DNA of 64,000 nucleotides from Cenococcum geophilum (taxonomy: Eukaryota): contig CP158636.1 of NCBI GenBank assembly GCA_050273025.1, forward strand, positions 10,788,001 through 10,852,000, written 5' to 3'. This document shows, piece by piece, positions 45,975-59,158 of this stretch. The notes under the pieces were generated by a model. The model was given only the letters and a program-made list of their open reading frames with translations. It was not told the origin of the DNA and searched no databases. The position numbers and the translations under genes are program-made. Position 1 is the first letter of the stretch; every line of letters begins with the position of its first letter.

Positions 45975-47800
45975 TTACTCCTTCTTGCCGCCAAACCAGC
46001 CCACCATGCCGCTCTTCATGCTCTTCATCTGCTCCTCCTGCAGCTTCTTTTCCTCCTCGGCCATCTCGCGGAGCCACTTCTCGCCGTTCTCACGAATCTC
46101 CTTCTCCATGACCTCGTACTGCTTCATGCCGCGCTCGCGGATCTGGTCGCTGAGCATCTTGCCCTGCTCGAAGCCCTCGGCGGCGCTCTGCTCGCCGACG
46201 ATCAGGCCCTGCCCGCCGCCCTTGAGCCCCAGCGCGCCCATCAGCCACGACGACGCCGAGTGCTTTGGCCGCTTGGCGCGATCCGCCGCCAGCTGCGCGT
46301 TGAAAGCTTCGCGGGCTTTCGCTTCGCGCCGCGCGAACTCCGTCGGGATGTCCTGCCCTTCGAAGGACCCGAGGGCTTTGCGCACGTCGGTGATCCCCAT
46401 CGTCGCGATGTATTCGAGGAAGGGGATCAGGGCGACTAGGTTGCGGTCGTTGGGTTGACCCGTCCAGGGGGGCAGGATGATGGCGTTTTGGCGCTGGAGT
46501 TTGGCGTGCGAGGGTTTCGTGTCGACGAGGATCGTTTTGGAGAGGTCGCGGTTTAGGTAGGATAGGTCCTGTTCATTGTGAGTTGGGATCAGCATGAGTG
46601 GGAGGGAGATCTTGCAATATATACCTTGATGTATTCGCCATTCTCGTAGCGTGTGGCTTCGCGGAAGAGTGGCCACATGACGACGCGGAAGGGGTCCAGT
46701 TTTCGAATAACAGGGTCAGCGGAGGTGGAGGGGAGACTGGTGAAGATGACGAGCTCGTAGTACTGGCTTAGATAGCGGAGGAAGTAGTCCACGCCAGGGC
46801 GTTTGGCAGTCCGCCAGCCATGTTCCCGCGTCCATTCGCTGTGGACGAGCAGGTCTTCTAGGCTCAGCACGAGCGTGTATGGAGGTGCGGGGTCTAGATC
46901 TGGGAGTAGTTTCGGAAATGTCGGTTCAGTGTAGTAGCCCATCTGGCTGGACAATCGAGCTCGCGCACGGTCGTACATTAGCATCAAGCCCCAGCCCGAG
47001 GGTGCTTCGGGGTGTGCCTTCTCTTCTTCTTCGTTCTCCCAATCGCGGCCCAAGTAGATTGCGCCTACAACACCGAGGATGGCACCCATGAGGTAAGAAT
47101 AGTTTGCTACGCGGTTTCGTCGTCTGTCCACAGACGTCTCGTAGGCGGATTTGGGTAACTCGCTACCCTCTCGGCCACCGCCAGAGCCTCCTGCCGCAGA
47201 TGGCGGCTCTCGCTCTGCATCTTCGCTGACACTCACGGAGCGAGGTGCTGGCTTGGTGTCTGCAGCGGCGGCGCCGAATTCGGCGTCGAAGGTGGAGGGA
47301 ATGCCTTGTCGAAGATCTGGTAGGGGCTGGCTTGGACTCTCGCTGGTAGGCGCTATGTTTGATTGAGGACTTTGGGGCGAGTTGAATCCTTCCTGAGATT
47401 TACTATACATCTCTTGCGAGCCTGGCTCGACCTTTACCCCCTCCGTCACCCCGGGCCTAGCACCGCCATGTTGCGCCCCCATATTCCTTCCCGGCGAAGC
47501 ACCAGCATCAAATTCCACTTGGCCCTTCGAATAGTCTGCATTCTGGGATGTATTCTTGCTTTCTGTTGACCCTTCCTTCCGCCTCGAATATGCAGTTTTT
47601 CCGGTGTTGAAATTTAAAGGCTGGGAAGGCTTCCATGTCCGGTCTTTATTGGCAATATTGCTGCGCTCGGATTCGAAAGGTGAGGGCTTTTTAGGAGGGC
47701 GATTTGCATAGTGTCGTATCCACCGTGAGGTGGAAGCTGCATGAGAGGGAGACAGCGCTGGTCGTCCTTTGAGGGCGCGAGCAGCAGCGCGAGGAAGCAT
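45975..47800 (-). CDS. TIM50: Mitochondrial import inner membrane translocase subunit Tim50, 2 exons
   Basis: Basic presequence MLPRAAARALKGR, single TM segment, YYTEPTFPKLLP, YTLVLSLEDLLVHSEWTREHGWRTAKRPGVDYFLRYLSQYYE, YIK|DLSYLNRDLSK. Intron 46569-46624. Confidence 0.96.
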
Positions 47801-48189
47801 GCCGAGGGGGCGCAAGAGATATAGAAGAGTGAGAATTAAAGAATTAAAGAGAATTAAATGTACATTGAGCAAAAGAAGGGTGGCCGGAGAGGGTGAAGGG
47901 GTTTTTGGGTGTCTTTTGGCCTTTCACACTTTGGCTGCAATCTTGGATGATAGAAATCACGCCGGACTACCAGCCGAATACAAGTCCCCCTCCGATCAGT
48001 TTCTCCGTCCAGTTTCTCCGATGCCGGCATCAGCTTCTCACTGCTCTGACCTCAATCCCCGTAACTCACGATACTCTTCAAAAAATGCCGCCAGACCTGT
48101 CGCATCTTGCTGTACTGCCCTAAGAGGCATTTTGCTGTCTTATGTTAACCAGCCATTCCCATGCATTCCACAAATAACCTCCGCCGGGC

Positions 48190-51100
48190 ATGCAATCGAT
48201 TGGGAGGCCATTGGGAGGGCCTGCTTACAGGCCGGCCGGACACCCCCTTCAGATGATATGGCTCTGTATACTACTTCTAACATTCTGCGCGGCCCTCGGG
48301 GAGTGCATGACGGACGAGGCGATTCAACATCTCCGGTATTCATTCCTTTGTAGACTGCACATTACTTCGCGCGTGCTCATTCTGTCCGTAGTCAAGAAAC
48401 ACGAGACATCTTCTATCATGGTTATGACAACTATATGCGACATGCTTTTCCGGAGGACGAGCTTCGGCCTCTATCGTGTGGTCCACTTACTCGAGATCGC
48501 GAGAACCCAGCGCGCATTGAGCTCAACGATGTCCTGGGTAATTATTCTTTGACCTTGATCGACAGCTTGTCTACGCTAGCAATCTTAGCATCCTCCCCTC
48601 CTACAAATCGTGGCCGCAACAAGGCTTTGCGCGACTTCCAACATGGCGTTATATCGTTGGTGGAATATTACGGGGATGGTACCGACGGGCCCTCCGGCCA
48701 AGGGAAAAGAGCGAGGGGCTTTGATTTGGACAGCAAGGTTCAGATATTTGAAACGGTGATTCGAGGCGTTGGTGGCTTACTCAGTGCCCATCTTTTCGCG
48801 ATCGGAGAGTTACCTATTAGAGGCTACGAGGCGAAAATCCAAGAGAAACATGGCAGGAGGGGAATACTATGGCGGGATGGCTTTGTGTATGATGGACAGC
48901 TGCTACGACTTGCTTTAGACCTTGGAAAACGACTTCTTCCAGCATTCAATACACCCACTGGTCTCCCGTATCCCCGTGTGAACCTACGACATGGCGTGCC
49001 GTTTTACGCAAATTCTCCTTATAATACCGACTCGGAACAAGGCCAATGCCAGAAATCTCCAAGCGGGAATCCGGAAATCACCGAGACGTGTAGCGCAGGC
49101 GCCGGAAGTCTTATTCTAGAATTCTCAACTCTGAGTCGATTGACCGGTGATGGCCGGTTTGAGAAAGCTGCGAAAGAAGCCTTCTGGGCAGTGTGGAGTC
49201 GCCGAAGCAGTTCTGGTCTCATCGGGTCTGGTATTGACTCCGAGACCGGCCAATGGGTGACACCGTACACTGGGGTAAGGTTTTGTGTTATGTCGCTGGA
49301 TTAGCCGCACTACTGACTCGTATCAATCAGATTGGAGCGGGTATTGATAGCTTCTTCGAATATGCTTTCAAGTCCCATATTTTGCTCTCGGGATTGCCAT
49401 ACGACCCCAATCATGCTGATCTTCATTCGCCTGATGCATTCCTCTCGGCGTGGGAAGACGCGCATGCAGGGATTAAGCGGCACATCTATCGTGGTTCTGC
49501 TTATCAGCATCCACACTATATTCAGGTAGATCTTTACACTGGGGCCACGCGAGCCTTCTGGGTAGATAGCCTTAGTGCTTATTACCAAGGACTCCTGACG
49601 CTCGCTGGCAAATTGGATGAAGCGATTGAAACTCACTTGCTTTATACTGCTTTATGGACCAGATACTCTGCGCTACCCGAGAGATGGTCGACAGCGTCTG
49701 GTACCATCGAGGGTGGCCTAAGATGGTGGGGTGGTCGCCCCGAATTTATCGAATCGACTTGGTATCTGTACCGTGCGACCCAGGACCCGTGGTATTTGCA
49801 TGTTGGGGAGATGGTCCTTCGTGATATCAAGCGAAGGTGCTGGACCAAATGTGGGTGGGCTGGCTTGCAGGACGTTCGCACTGGCGAACAAAGTGATCGC
49901 ATGGAGAGCTTCTTCCTAGGCGAAACTGCGAAGTATTTGTTTTTGCTGTTCGACCCAACTCATCCGCTCAACACCCTGGATGCACCGTTTGTTTTCACAA
50001 CTGAAGGCCATCCACTTATCATCCCGAAGCGGCTCCGGCAGCCGCAATCGTCGAAAAGACCTGAAAACGTTTTTACCCCTGAGGAGCATCCGATTCCAGC
50101 AATATGCCCTCTCCCCCCTCAACCAGTGCCGTTCAGCGTATCTGCTACCGCTGCTAGGCAAGATATATTCCACGCCGCCAGCCTCGCCCGTCTGCATTTG
50201 ATGCCAAGCCTTGAAACGCTAGAATCACCTCTCACCGAGTTTAATGCCGATCACCCAAGTATATCTATATCTGACATACGGTCTCCGTCAAATTACACAT
50301 ATTATCCATGGACTCTTCCTCCAGAGCTCATCCCACCCAACGCCACCAGCTCCAAAATGGCGGTGCGGACTACGTTCGATCTTTCCTTCCCTAGCCTGCC
50401 GAACACCGTTCTCAATACCGGCGCCCTTCAAAGAGTGGGCGGTGGCATTCTAGTGAACTCGATGAGTGGACTGCGACTCGGGATGATTCGTGAACCGGAC
50501 ACATTTATTGGCGATGGCGGAGTATCAATCGATGTGCGCTTTCGCATCTACGCCATCTCGAACGTCGCTCTTGGTCGGGACGAAAAAGTATTCATGTCGC
50601 GCGAACTTGTAGACAGTTTTAACCCCATTGACCCCTTTTTTACTCGCACAAGAGACGTCCAAACGCTTGACCTAGTCATTGATGCATCACCTCCACCGTC
50701 ATCAAAGTCCGATTCCGAATCTCTCTCTGATCTCCTCGATGCGGCCCTTTCCAACTCCTCTATCACTAACCTCGAATTTCTAACCAATTTCGACTTGGAC
50801 TTTGACCTCTCCTCCACGCCAGCCTCCTCAGGTGATCCTTCCTACCTGAACGCATTCCTCCAGAGCATCCAAAACATGCTGTCATCTCCGACAGTTCCCC
50901 TTTCCTCGATGCCTTCATCACCGCCGATCAAGCGGTATCACATCCCCGGGACGCTCCCGACAGGTGCTGGGGCGGCTCCATTACCCGACGTTCCGGATGC
51001 CGATCTTACATTCTCTATGGACAGCCCTCTGAGTTGGCACAGTATCTACTTGCACAACAGCCCTCTCTGCGAGGATCGATTACCGCTGGATGTAGTAAGG

Positions 51101-51496
51101 GAACACCAGATTGTGGTGATCCCCCGCGGTGGGTGTTCCTTCAGCGTCAAATTACGGAACATCCCGGCATATGCTCCGCATGGCTCGTCACTACAGCTTA
51201 TTGTTGTAGTCTCGTATCCCGAGTATGAAGTGGATGTCGTGGCAGAAGAATGCCGTTCGATACGGGATCAGCGTCGCCAGATGAAGTGCGAGGTGAACCC
51301 GCTAGTCCAGCCATTGCTAGACGAACTGCAATATACGCCGAGCGGGCTGCCGCGTCCCCATCCGTTGCCGCTGGTAATGGTTGGGGGTGGGGATGAGACG
51401 ATGGCACTGTTACGGCGGGCGAAGGGGGTCGGGGTAAGGAGAAGATGGTTCTTTTCAAGCCAAGGTGTTAAGATTGGGAATCTGATTGTTTTGTAA
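48190..51496 (+). CDS. MNL1: GH47 ER degradation-enhancing alpha-1,2-mannosidase-like protein (EDEM/Mnl1/Htm1) with a PA-like C-terminal domain, 3 exons
   Basis: Signal-like MIWLCILLLTFCAALG, FYHGYDNYMRHAFPEDELRPLSC, TLIDSLSTL, FETVIRGVGGLLSAH, G|IGAGIDSFFEY, RPEFIESTWYLY, DRMESFFLGETAKYLFLLF, FTTEGHP, RGGCSFSVK. The start may be 48190 or 48253. Confidence 0.92.
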
Positions 51497-51821
51497 ATAT
51501 ATAGCTATGCAACGAAAAGATATGAACGGAGCATACTATCTGATTATTCGTCCAAAAAATTTGGCTTAATCGGAATGCGATATGAAATGTGCGCCTCAAT
51601 GGTGGATGAGATAAGCTTAAAGATATTTACATCCATCGTTAGTCAAGACCTAAGTATATATCCTATTGCACCATGAGGTCAACACGTGAAACCTGCGATG
51701 AATAACCTCCAGTACCATCCGCACATTACGGTTTTCCCCTGATTTATTTCCCCAGCCCGACCACCAAAGTGTCTCGTGGACTATTGGTCTTCCAATCTCA
51801 TCTCGACGCCAATCCTTATTT

Positions 51822-53416
51822 TTATTCCTGATACGTGACCGTCTTTATCCTCAAAAACTCCTCGATACCCCAGCTCCCATTGAACCTGCCCCATCCACTC
51901 ATCTTGGCACCGCCATGCGGCAAATTACTCTCATCGTGCACTGTCATGGCATTGATATGCACAGCGCCACTCTCAATCTGCCTCGCAACGCGCAGCCCAC
52001 GCGCCAGATTCTCCGTAAAGACGGCGCCAGACAGGCCATACTCGGTATCATTAGCAATAGCAACCGCCTCCTCCTCCGACTCGACCGAAATGACCGAGAC
52101 GCTCGGCCCGAAGGACTCGGTGTGGTAGAGCTCCATATCCTTGTTGACGCCGCCGACGACAATCGGGCGCATCCGCGTGTTCGACACCTCGTCCGTCTCC
52201 GGGTGCCGCCCGTCGGCCTGGAGGTCGCCGTGCAGGATCTTCGCGCCGGCCGCGACGGCCGACGTGACGAGCCTCTTATTCTTCTCGACGCCGGCTGACG
52301 TGATGAGGACGGGCGCGGGCTTGTCGGCGCCGAAGGCCTGCGCGACGGCGGCCCGGAAGGCTGTCGTGAAGCGGTCCAGCACGGCGCTGTGCACGACGAT
52401 GCGCTCGGTGCTCATGCAGATCTGGCCGCTGTGCAGGAAGGCGCCGAGGGCACAGGCGCGGGCCGCCTTGTCGACGTCGGCGTCGTCGAGCACGATGGCG
52501 GACGCCTTGCCGCCCAGCTCCATCAGCACGGGCTTGAGCGCCTTGCCGGCTGCCGAGGCGATGATGCGGCCGACGGTCGTGCTGCCGGTGAAGTTGACCT
52601 TCTTGACGGCCGGGTGCTCGATCAGCGTCGTGGTGATCTGGGCCGCGTCGGCCGGGCGGTGGTACAGGACGTTGAGGACGCCCGGCGGTAGGCCCGCGGC
52701 CGTGAAGATGGACCCGATGGCCCAGAAGCAGCGCGGGGAGAGCTCGGAGCCTTTGAGGATGACGGTGTTGCCGGCGGCGAGGGCGTAGAGGATCGCGCGG
52801 ACGCCGAGGATGTACGGCGCATTCCTGTTGTGTATATATCTTCTTTAGTCCGGCTTCGCAGAGCTAGGTATCTATGGTTTTTCTTTCTTTTTGGCAAAAT
52901 GGGGTTTTAGGTGGGACAGGGGGGTGGGGGAATTGGAGCTTACCAGGGCGCAATTCCTAGGATAACTCCGAATGGCTCCTTTAGCACCAGCGCGTTGGTC
53001 CCCTCGTTCGCGCAAACCGGTATAGACCCCATGATGCCGCTGATTCTTCCCGCCACATCCTTCAACATCTCGCTCGTCAGCGGAACGTTGAAACCGCCCG
53101 AAAACATCGCCTCAGCTCCAGTCTCCTGCATCATATAGCCCGCACACTCCTCCGCACGGGAATCGAGGATCTCGGCTGCTTTGAGGAGGATGTTGCGGCG
53201 GAAGGAGGGCTTGGTTTTGGACCAGGCGGGGAACGCGGCACTCGCGGCGGCAATGGCAGCGTGGGCATCGGCCACGGAGGCGGAGCTGCTTTGCCATATC
53301 GTCTTGTGAGACGCGGGCGAGATCACGGGGAAGGTGGTTGAGGTGGTGACTTCCTTCCCGTTGATGAGGAGGGGGACAGTGTAGCTGTCTGCGGAATGGC
53401 TGCCGCTGGTGGACAT
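51822..53416 (-). CDS. Aldehyde dehydrogenase (salicylaldehyde/vanillin dehydrogenase-like), 2 exons
   Basis: EPFGVILGIAPW|NAPYILG, VNFTGSTTVG, LMELGGKAS, FLHSGQICMSTERI, ESFGP, YGLSGAVFT, LPHGGAKMSGWGRF. Confidence 0.94.
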
Positions 53417-55029
53417 GTTTACTGCTTGATATGGTGGTTGAGAGGGGTCAGAGTGAAAGAAAAACTGGTGTTGGTGTGAAATATAAGGTAATTGATTCTT
53501 TCAGAGCTTGAGAATATAGCTTTTTAGGGGTGCTTAGAGAAGTGGAGGAGCAAGTGGGGTTGGGAATAGACTAAAGAAATGATTTCCCTCCAACTTCCCA
53601 GGGACATAAGACTCATATTATAAATCGACATTGTCTTTGCATCATGGCCGTTGGCATTGTCCCCCAATGAGGGCATACTAGGGCATACGGTACGGGTGCA
53701 TGTCGGCAGGTGCGGGAACAAGGCGGAGTGTGAGGAAAGCTGTACTCCAGGGACTGGCACGGCGGGAAGCCTCCCCGGCACTTCGTCGGTAAGCGATGCA
53801 GCATTACTATTACGCCAGTATATTTCTTATAATTGTATACTTTTAAAGTTAAGCCGCTTAGATGTAGAAATTGACTGACTTTAGTACCACTCTGCATCTT
53901 CTATGTTCACGACTATCCCTTCTACACATTAGTTTGTGCACACGCTCCAAAACCTTATCTCAGTTGACTCAGACCCTCGGAGAGAAAATCCACCTATGCT
54001 GTCTCAACCAACCCGTTCATGTCTCTTCTCAGTAGTGCTACTACTGCCGATATAAGGTCCGTAACACTAAGAACTACTTTATTTATTTAGGAAGGTAGTT
54101 ATAGACGGCAAATTAGGTTACGTATAAACGGCCAGCAATAAGAGTAAACAATTAGGTAGATTTTATAGCCATTATCTATTCTTCCGCGCAAGTTAGCGAG
54201 TATATTAAGTCTGGCTATTAAGCAGGTTCCGGCTCTAGAAGCGCTGCAGGAGACTGCTCTAGACTTTTGCTTCTAACTTCTGCAACCGTTAACGCCAGAA
54301 ACTCTTTAGTATACTGGTATGGATTTTATGAAACAAAGCTCTTTATCTCGTCCTCAAGGACACCCTTTTCTTTAGCAAGGCCCGGAGTCCATGACACTCT
54401 TCCAATTTGTGGTGTAACGTCCATCCCTGCGTGGAGAAACGCACCCTGTAACGAAACAAAAGACGGGTACTTTGAATTTAAGCGATTCTAACTCTGTAAA
54501 AGCATCGAAAATTAAGAGTTTTTTATTAGCCTTGTATTGCAGCCACTCTGGAACACTCTTCACCTCAGCTACCTAAAAATTACAATCGCATCATCGCCGC
54601 CGCTCCTGATTTACGGAGAGTCTTTTTCTGTAGCGAAATAGCTCTCCGCTCTCCTCCACCACAGCGCCACTATCAAGCTTATATCGCTGTCAAAACTTAT
54701 AAACCGCTCTTATTCGATCCGTAGAATTGTACAGTAATACTGAGAAGTTATCTTCACCCTGGTGGCTGCCGTGGCGGGCGAATTTATGCAACGTCGCCAC
54801 CACGGTCGGTACCTCTAACCAAAGAAATCAACAATCCTGGTTAGTGCGAATCAGCCCCGCACGTCTGACATAAGAATCCTAATGTATTTTATCTTATATA
54901 AGCGCAATTTCACTGTGGCTGTTCAGCATGTGGCTGTTGCGCATCACCTGGTGGACCAGATGTGTGTGTGCTGGAAAACGAATACTGGTCAAACCACCCC
55001 TTGCGTACCTGCTTCTTGAGCAATATTGA

Positions 55030-56233
55030 TCACCCGCTTCCCGGAGCATCTGCTGTTCCCTTTTTGATAAAAGGTGCTTGCGCAAGAGCATTTGCTTGTC
55101 TCCCAAACCTTCCTGCCATGCTTTACAAGCACCGAACCGAACTCCTCCAATACCTCCTCTACGCTCTGCTCCCCCTTGCGAAGAGCATCTGCAAAATCTC
55201 CATCTGTACCGAACGTCGCCGCTCGCCACACCGCCTTCCAGTTCTCAATGGCAAGGATAGCCTCGGGATCCTGCCGCTTCACATTAGTGGCGACCATGTA
55301 AAACGAGGATCGCTTAGCGTGGCCTGCCATCGGCTTGTAGAGCTGGACAGAAGAGAACTTGCTGAATCTACGTAGAAAACACACCGTGTCTCAACACTCG
55401 ACTTTGTGGAACAAAACAATCATTGTTCCGCCTGGTTTGATATGCTCAAGGCCGAGAGCGAGTTGAGTTGTTTTCAGTCTGGCTGGCTCGCGCGTTTCGC
55501 GATAGGACGCTCGGGTTGGGGCATGTGTTCGGAGAACGTGGCCGTCACATAGGACTAAATCGAAGAGCTGTGTCTCTCTCATTTGGCACGGAAGGAATTT
55601 CCTGGCATCTGGATGCTTTTCCGGAATGTCTGTAACCCCCATATCTGCAGCGAGCATTGTAATGTCCAAAAAGTTCACGCATTATTTTTTATCTCCAGTG
55701 AGGACGTTATATCTTCTGTCAGAAGGAGGTAGGCTGAATGCAACGGCTTCAGAATCGGGGTTCAGCTGCATGGCGGTTGCGAGAAAGCCGCCTGGAGCCG
55801 CACACATGTCGAGGATATTTCCAGGGTATGTCCTGGTGGCGAACCCGAGAGTAGCATGGTGGAGTTCCTCGCCGATTCTCCGCATTAATCTGAAGTGAGG
55901 TTGAGATGTCTTTTCGTCCGTTTTATCGGCATTACGACGTTGTTTCTGAAAGTACTTATCGCCGGCTGGGCTTTCCCATCCCTGTTCCGATTTAACATCA
56001 ATAAATTACGTCCCAGGGAAGCTTGGTTGATTCACCTTTCGCCGCAGCTCGGCTAGTCTGCGGAACTCGGGGACTTGGTCTAGTAAATAAGTGACTATAA
56101 TGCCGGTATTATGTTGCATCTCTTGATCGGCGGGGCATAGGGCCTGATGTCCGACGGGCTGAAGACCAGCTCTGGCCAAAGCGTCGTTGCCAGGCCGTTT
56201 GCTCTGAGATCGAGACGTGGTGGGTATCTCCAT
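55030..56233 (-). pseudogene. FtsJ/RrmJ-like methyltransferase paralogue A (two nonsense codons and a frameshift)
   Basis: RLAELRRK|GWESPAGD, ILDMCAAPGGF, DLVLCDGHVLR, PGGTMIVLFHK, RSSFYMVA. In-frame TAA at 55682-55684, TGA at 55391-55393 (W in paralogue B), and a frameshift near 55098 (VWE/QANALAQAPF). Confidence 0.82.
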
Positions 56234-56838
56234 GGAAGCTAAAGTCAAGCTCACAAACGCCTAACCTTACACTACATAATAGCAAAGGCTGGCGTTGTTG
56301 TGATTTTATCGTGGAGTCCCTGACCGAAAAAGGGTAACGACTGATTATTGGACGGATGTGAAATGGTGGCACCAGGCGGGGTAATGCGGGGAAAGGATGC
56401 TTTTGCCAAACTCAAACATTCGCGGAAGAAGACGAATTGGACATATTGAACTAGGCATTGGATGGTACAGTCCTCAGAGACAGCCATCTTTATTCAACAC
56501 CATCAACTCCGCCATTGTCATAGTCAGTAACAAAGCTGGTTGTGGCATCACCTTACTGTCTATGCGCATTAAACCGAAACTCGCGCCGCCCGCTGGCGAA
56601 ACTCGCACCTTCTCATAGCTTGGATAAGATCAGGAAGAATTAGCAGAGATCAATGTGAATGGTGCCACGTGTTGGAGAGGCTGAGCAACGCCTCAAACGT
56701 GAAGGCTGCAACACCAAAACACTCCGCCAAGCGATGCGCCAGCACTGGAATCAAATGTAAAGCTACATACTTCCAGGCTTCTGTTTTCTTCATACTGATT
56801 CTTCTCTTTAGCGTCAGGCGGATTCTAGCACGTTTGCC

Positions 56839-58059
56839 ATGTCAGAACCACGACGAGACATACCTAGTTTGTCGACACCAAACGGGCCTCAAACCTATGA
56901 TCCCGTGACTGGCCCAAACAAAACCGTAGCAGAATATCTGGCTAAGAACAGTCCAACTTTCGTACGGCTCGAGACAGCCAGGAGGAAGGTAGTTGCACCA
57001 GCGATGTGCATCAATTTTGATCACTTATTAATACCATTTTAGGGTTGGGACAATCCGGAAGGAGACAGTTATTGGCAGAATCGACGTGAACAATCGGACA
57101 AAGCCACAGAGGATGCAGCGAAAGCATTCTACGATATGACAAAGCAAATCGCGGAGGAAATGCAGGCGAAGACAAGCGCTCTGACCCCAGGAGACCTTGG
57201 TGTTCAACCTTTCCAGTCCCTAGATTTATGCATGGCACCAGGCGGCTTCACGTGGGGCACCTTGGAGTACAACCCGGACGCAATCGCCTATGGCATCACT
57301 CTCCCTCCCGAAATTGGCGGTTACAAAAACTGGTTCACATTACCTGCCGAATACGTCAAGTTCATGGACATCACCATGCTCGCGAGTGAGTTCGGCGTCG
57401 GGACCATTCCAACGAGTCATCCAGACCACTCCCTCTTCCACGCTGAGCGCCCCTTCGTTGATCAACGCTTCCAGCTCGTTTTCTGCGGCGGTGCCGTTCT
57501 CAGGAGTCATGAGCGATCTGAGCACAGACGAGAATTCGAACGAACGCGTCTGACGACATCTCAGCTTATCTTAAGCATGCAGCGGATCATTCCGGGAGGG
57601 ACAATGGCTGTCTTACTTCGCAGACCAGATGCCTGGGATGTAGTACATCTACTTCACCAATTCAACTCATTTGCAAATATCCAGTTGTTCAAACCATACA
57701 AGAAACACGCTGTTCGATCAACTTTCTACCTCGTGGCTAAGAATGTACAACCAGAGGCTGAGAGTGCAAAGGCTGCGCTGGAAGAGTGGAAGAAGAGTTG
57801 GTCTCGTGCGACATTTGGTGGTGATGAAGGAACAGGAGAAAAGGATCCTGAAATGGATGTGGAGGCTGTGAAAAAAGTGCTGGATGAGTTTGGTCCTAAG
57901 CTTATTGAGTTAGCGATTCCTGTTTGGAAGATTCAGGCTAGTGCGTTGGAGAGGCAGGACTTTACCAAGGCTCGGAATTTTACCAAGGCTCGGAATGATG
58001 GTCGGAAGAAGCAGCACTATTGGCCGGAGAAAAGGGGCGAAGTGCCTTGGTCAAGATAA
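56839..58059 (+). CDS. FtsJ/RrmJ-like SAM-dependent methyltransferase paralogue B, 2 exons
   Basis: RLETARRK|GWDNPEGD (intron 56989-57042), LDLCMAPGGF, FMDITMLA, PGGTMAVLL, RSTFYLVA. An 18-bp tandem duplication (FTKARN x2) lies at 57961-57996. Confidence 0.85.
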
Positions 58060-58864
58060 AAACACACCATACATGGTATTTTAGAGGGGGTGAGGATATG
58101 AATTACTCCGCGGCCCCACGTCTCAATTTTGCTCTCCCCTTAATGCTGAGCGTATACCTGTATGTAACGATGTGCATTGCGCGCGTGATATTGCCGGATG
58201 CTAAATGGGGTTGTGTTTGCGGGGATTGCGTACGCTAGATGTAAATTGATGTTGCTGAGCTGGGCGGCTCGTTCCTTCACGCAGGGAAATCTATGTTGCC
58301 AAGCGCGTTAATCCGCCAAGGCATTCAGCGGATTAGAGGCTGTGGCTGATCGTGCTCTCGGGAGCTAGCACCCGCCGTGGCTCCAGTGAGAGCGACGTGG
58401 CATTTGTGCGACCTGTACGACCTGTACGACCTGTACAGCTACTGGCTGAGGTTGGAAGAAAGCGCTGCTGCAAAGAACTGGGAGACCGGTTATCTCAGTA
58501 AGCGACTCAGACGGCAAGGGCAAACTGAAGGCGCACTCACTAATACTAAAGTATCACTAGTCTCCGCCTAAATAAACGCCACTTTCTTTTAACCAATCAG
58601 CTATCTACCGACCTTAAGTTTGCCCTGCCGTCTGAGGGCCTTTGGTGCGGAATCTATGGTGCTCAACTTCAATTTTCGCAATTTTGTATGAGAGACACTC
58701 TCTCCTGTATATTTGACTCCCTAACAACACCTATTTAACCTAATAAACTGACGAGTTGGGTTAGACCAGCCTCCTCCATAATCGATTACTGTTTTACGAT
58801 AGGAATATGTTAGTAGGGGGGTTACTTGGGCAGTCTTTGAGCTCGACGACGTGCACGTGACAGG

Positions 58865-59158
58865 TCACGTGATAGCGCGAAATGCGGTTTTAAAGGTTAT
58901 CGCGTTTTTATCCTCAGCCCCAAGTACGTTTTTCTCAATCCGCTCCATAACATCCAATGTGTTGGGGCATGTGAAAAGAAGAAGCCAAGTTACTCTTCGA
59001 CCATATTCGTCACGCGGGTTTTGCCTTCCCGTGGATGGCCGGGACCTTTCAACTTCAAACGCGCTGAGGAACTTGAGCCTATTGCGATAATGCTCAAGTG
59101 CTAATGTTAGAAACGGTATAGCGCCCAAAACTAAACCTGCAACTTCAAAGCCGGTCAT
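58865..59158 (-). pseudogene. Truncated remnant starting with a HeLo-like/NLR-associated N-terminal helix motif
   Basis: MTGFEVAGLVLGAIPFLTLALEHY matches the common fungal N-terminus M.GFE.AG.VLGA.PL.I.ALEHY. The similarity collapses after ~30 codons. Confidence 0.5.
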
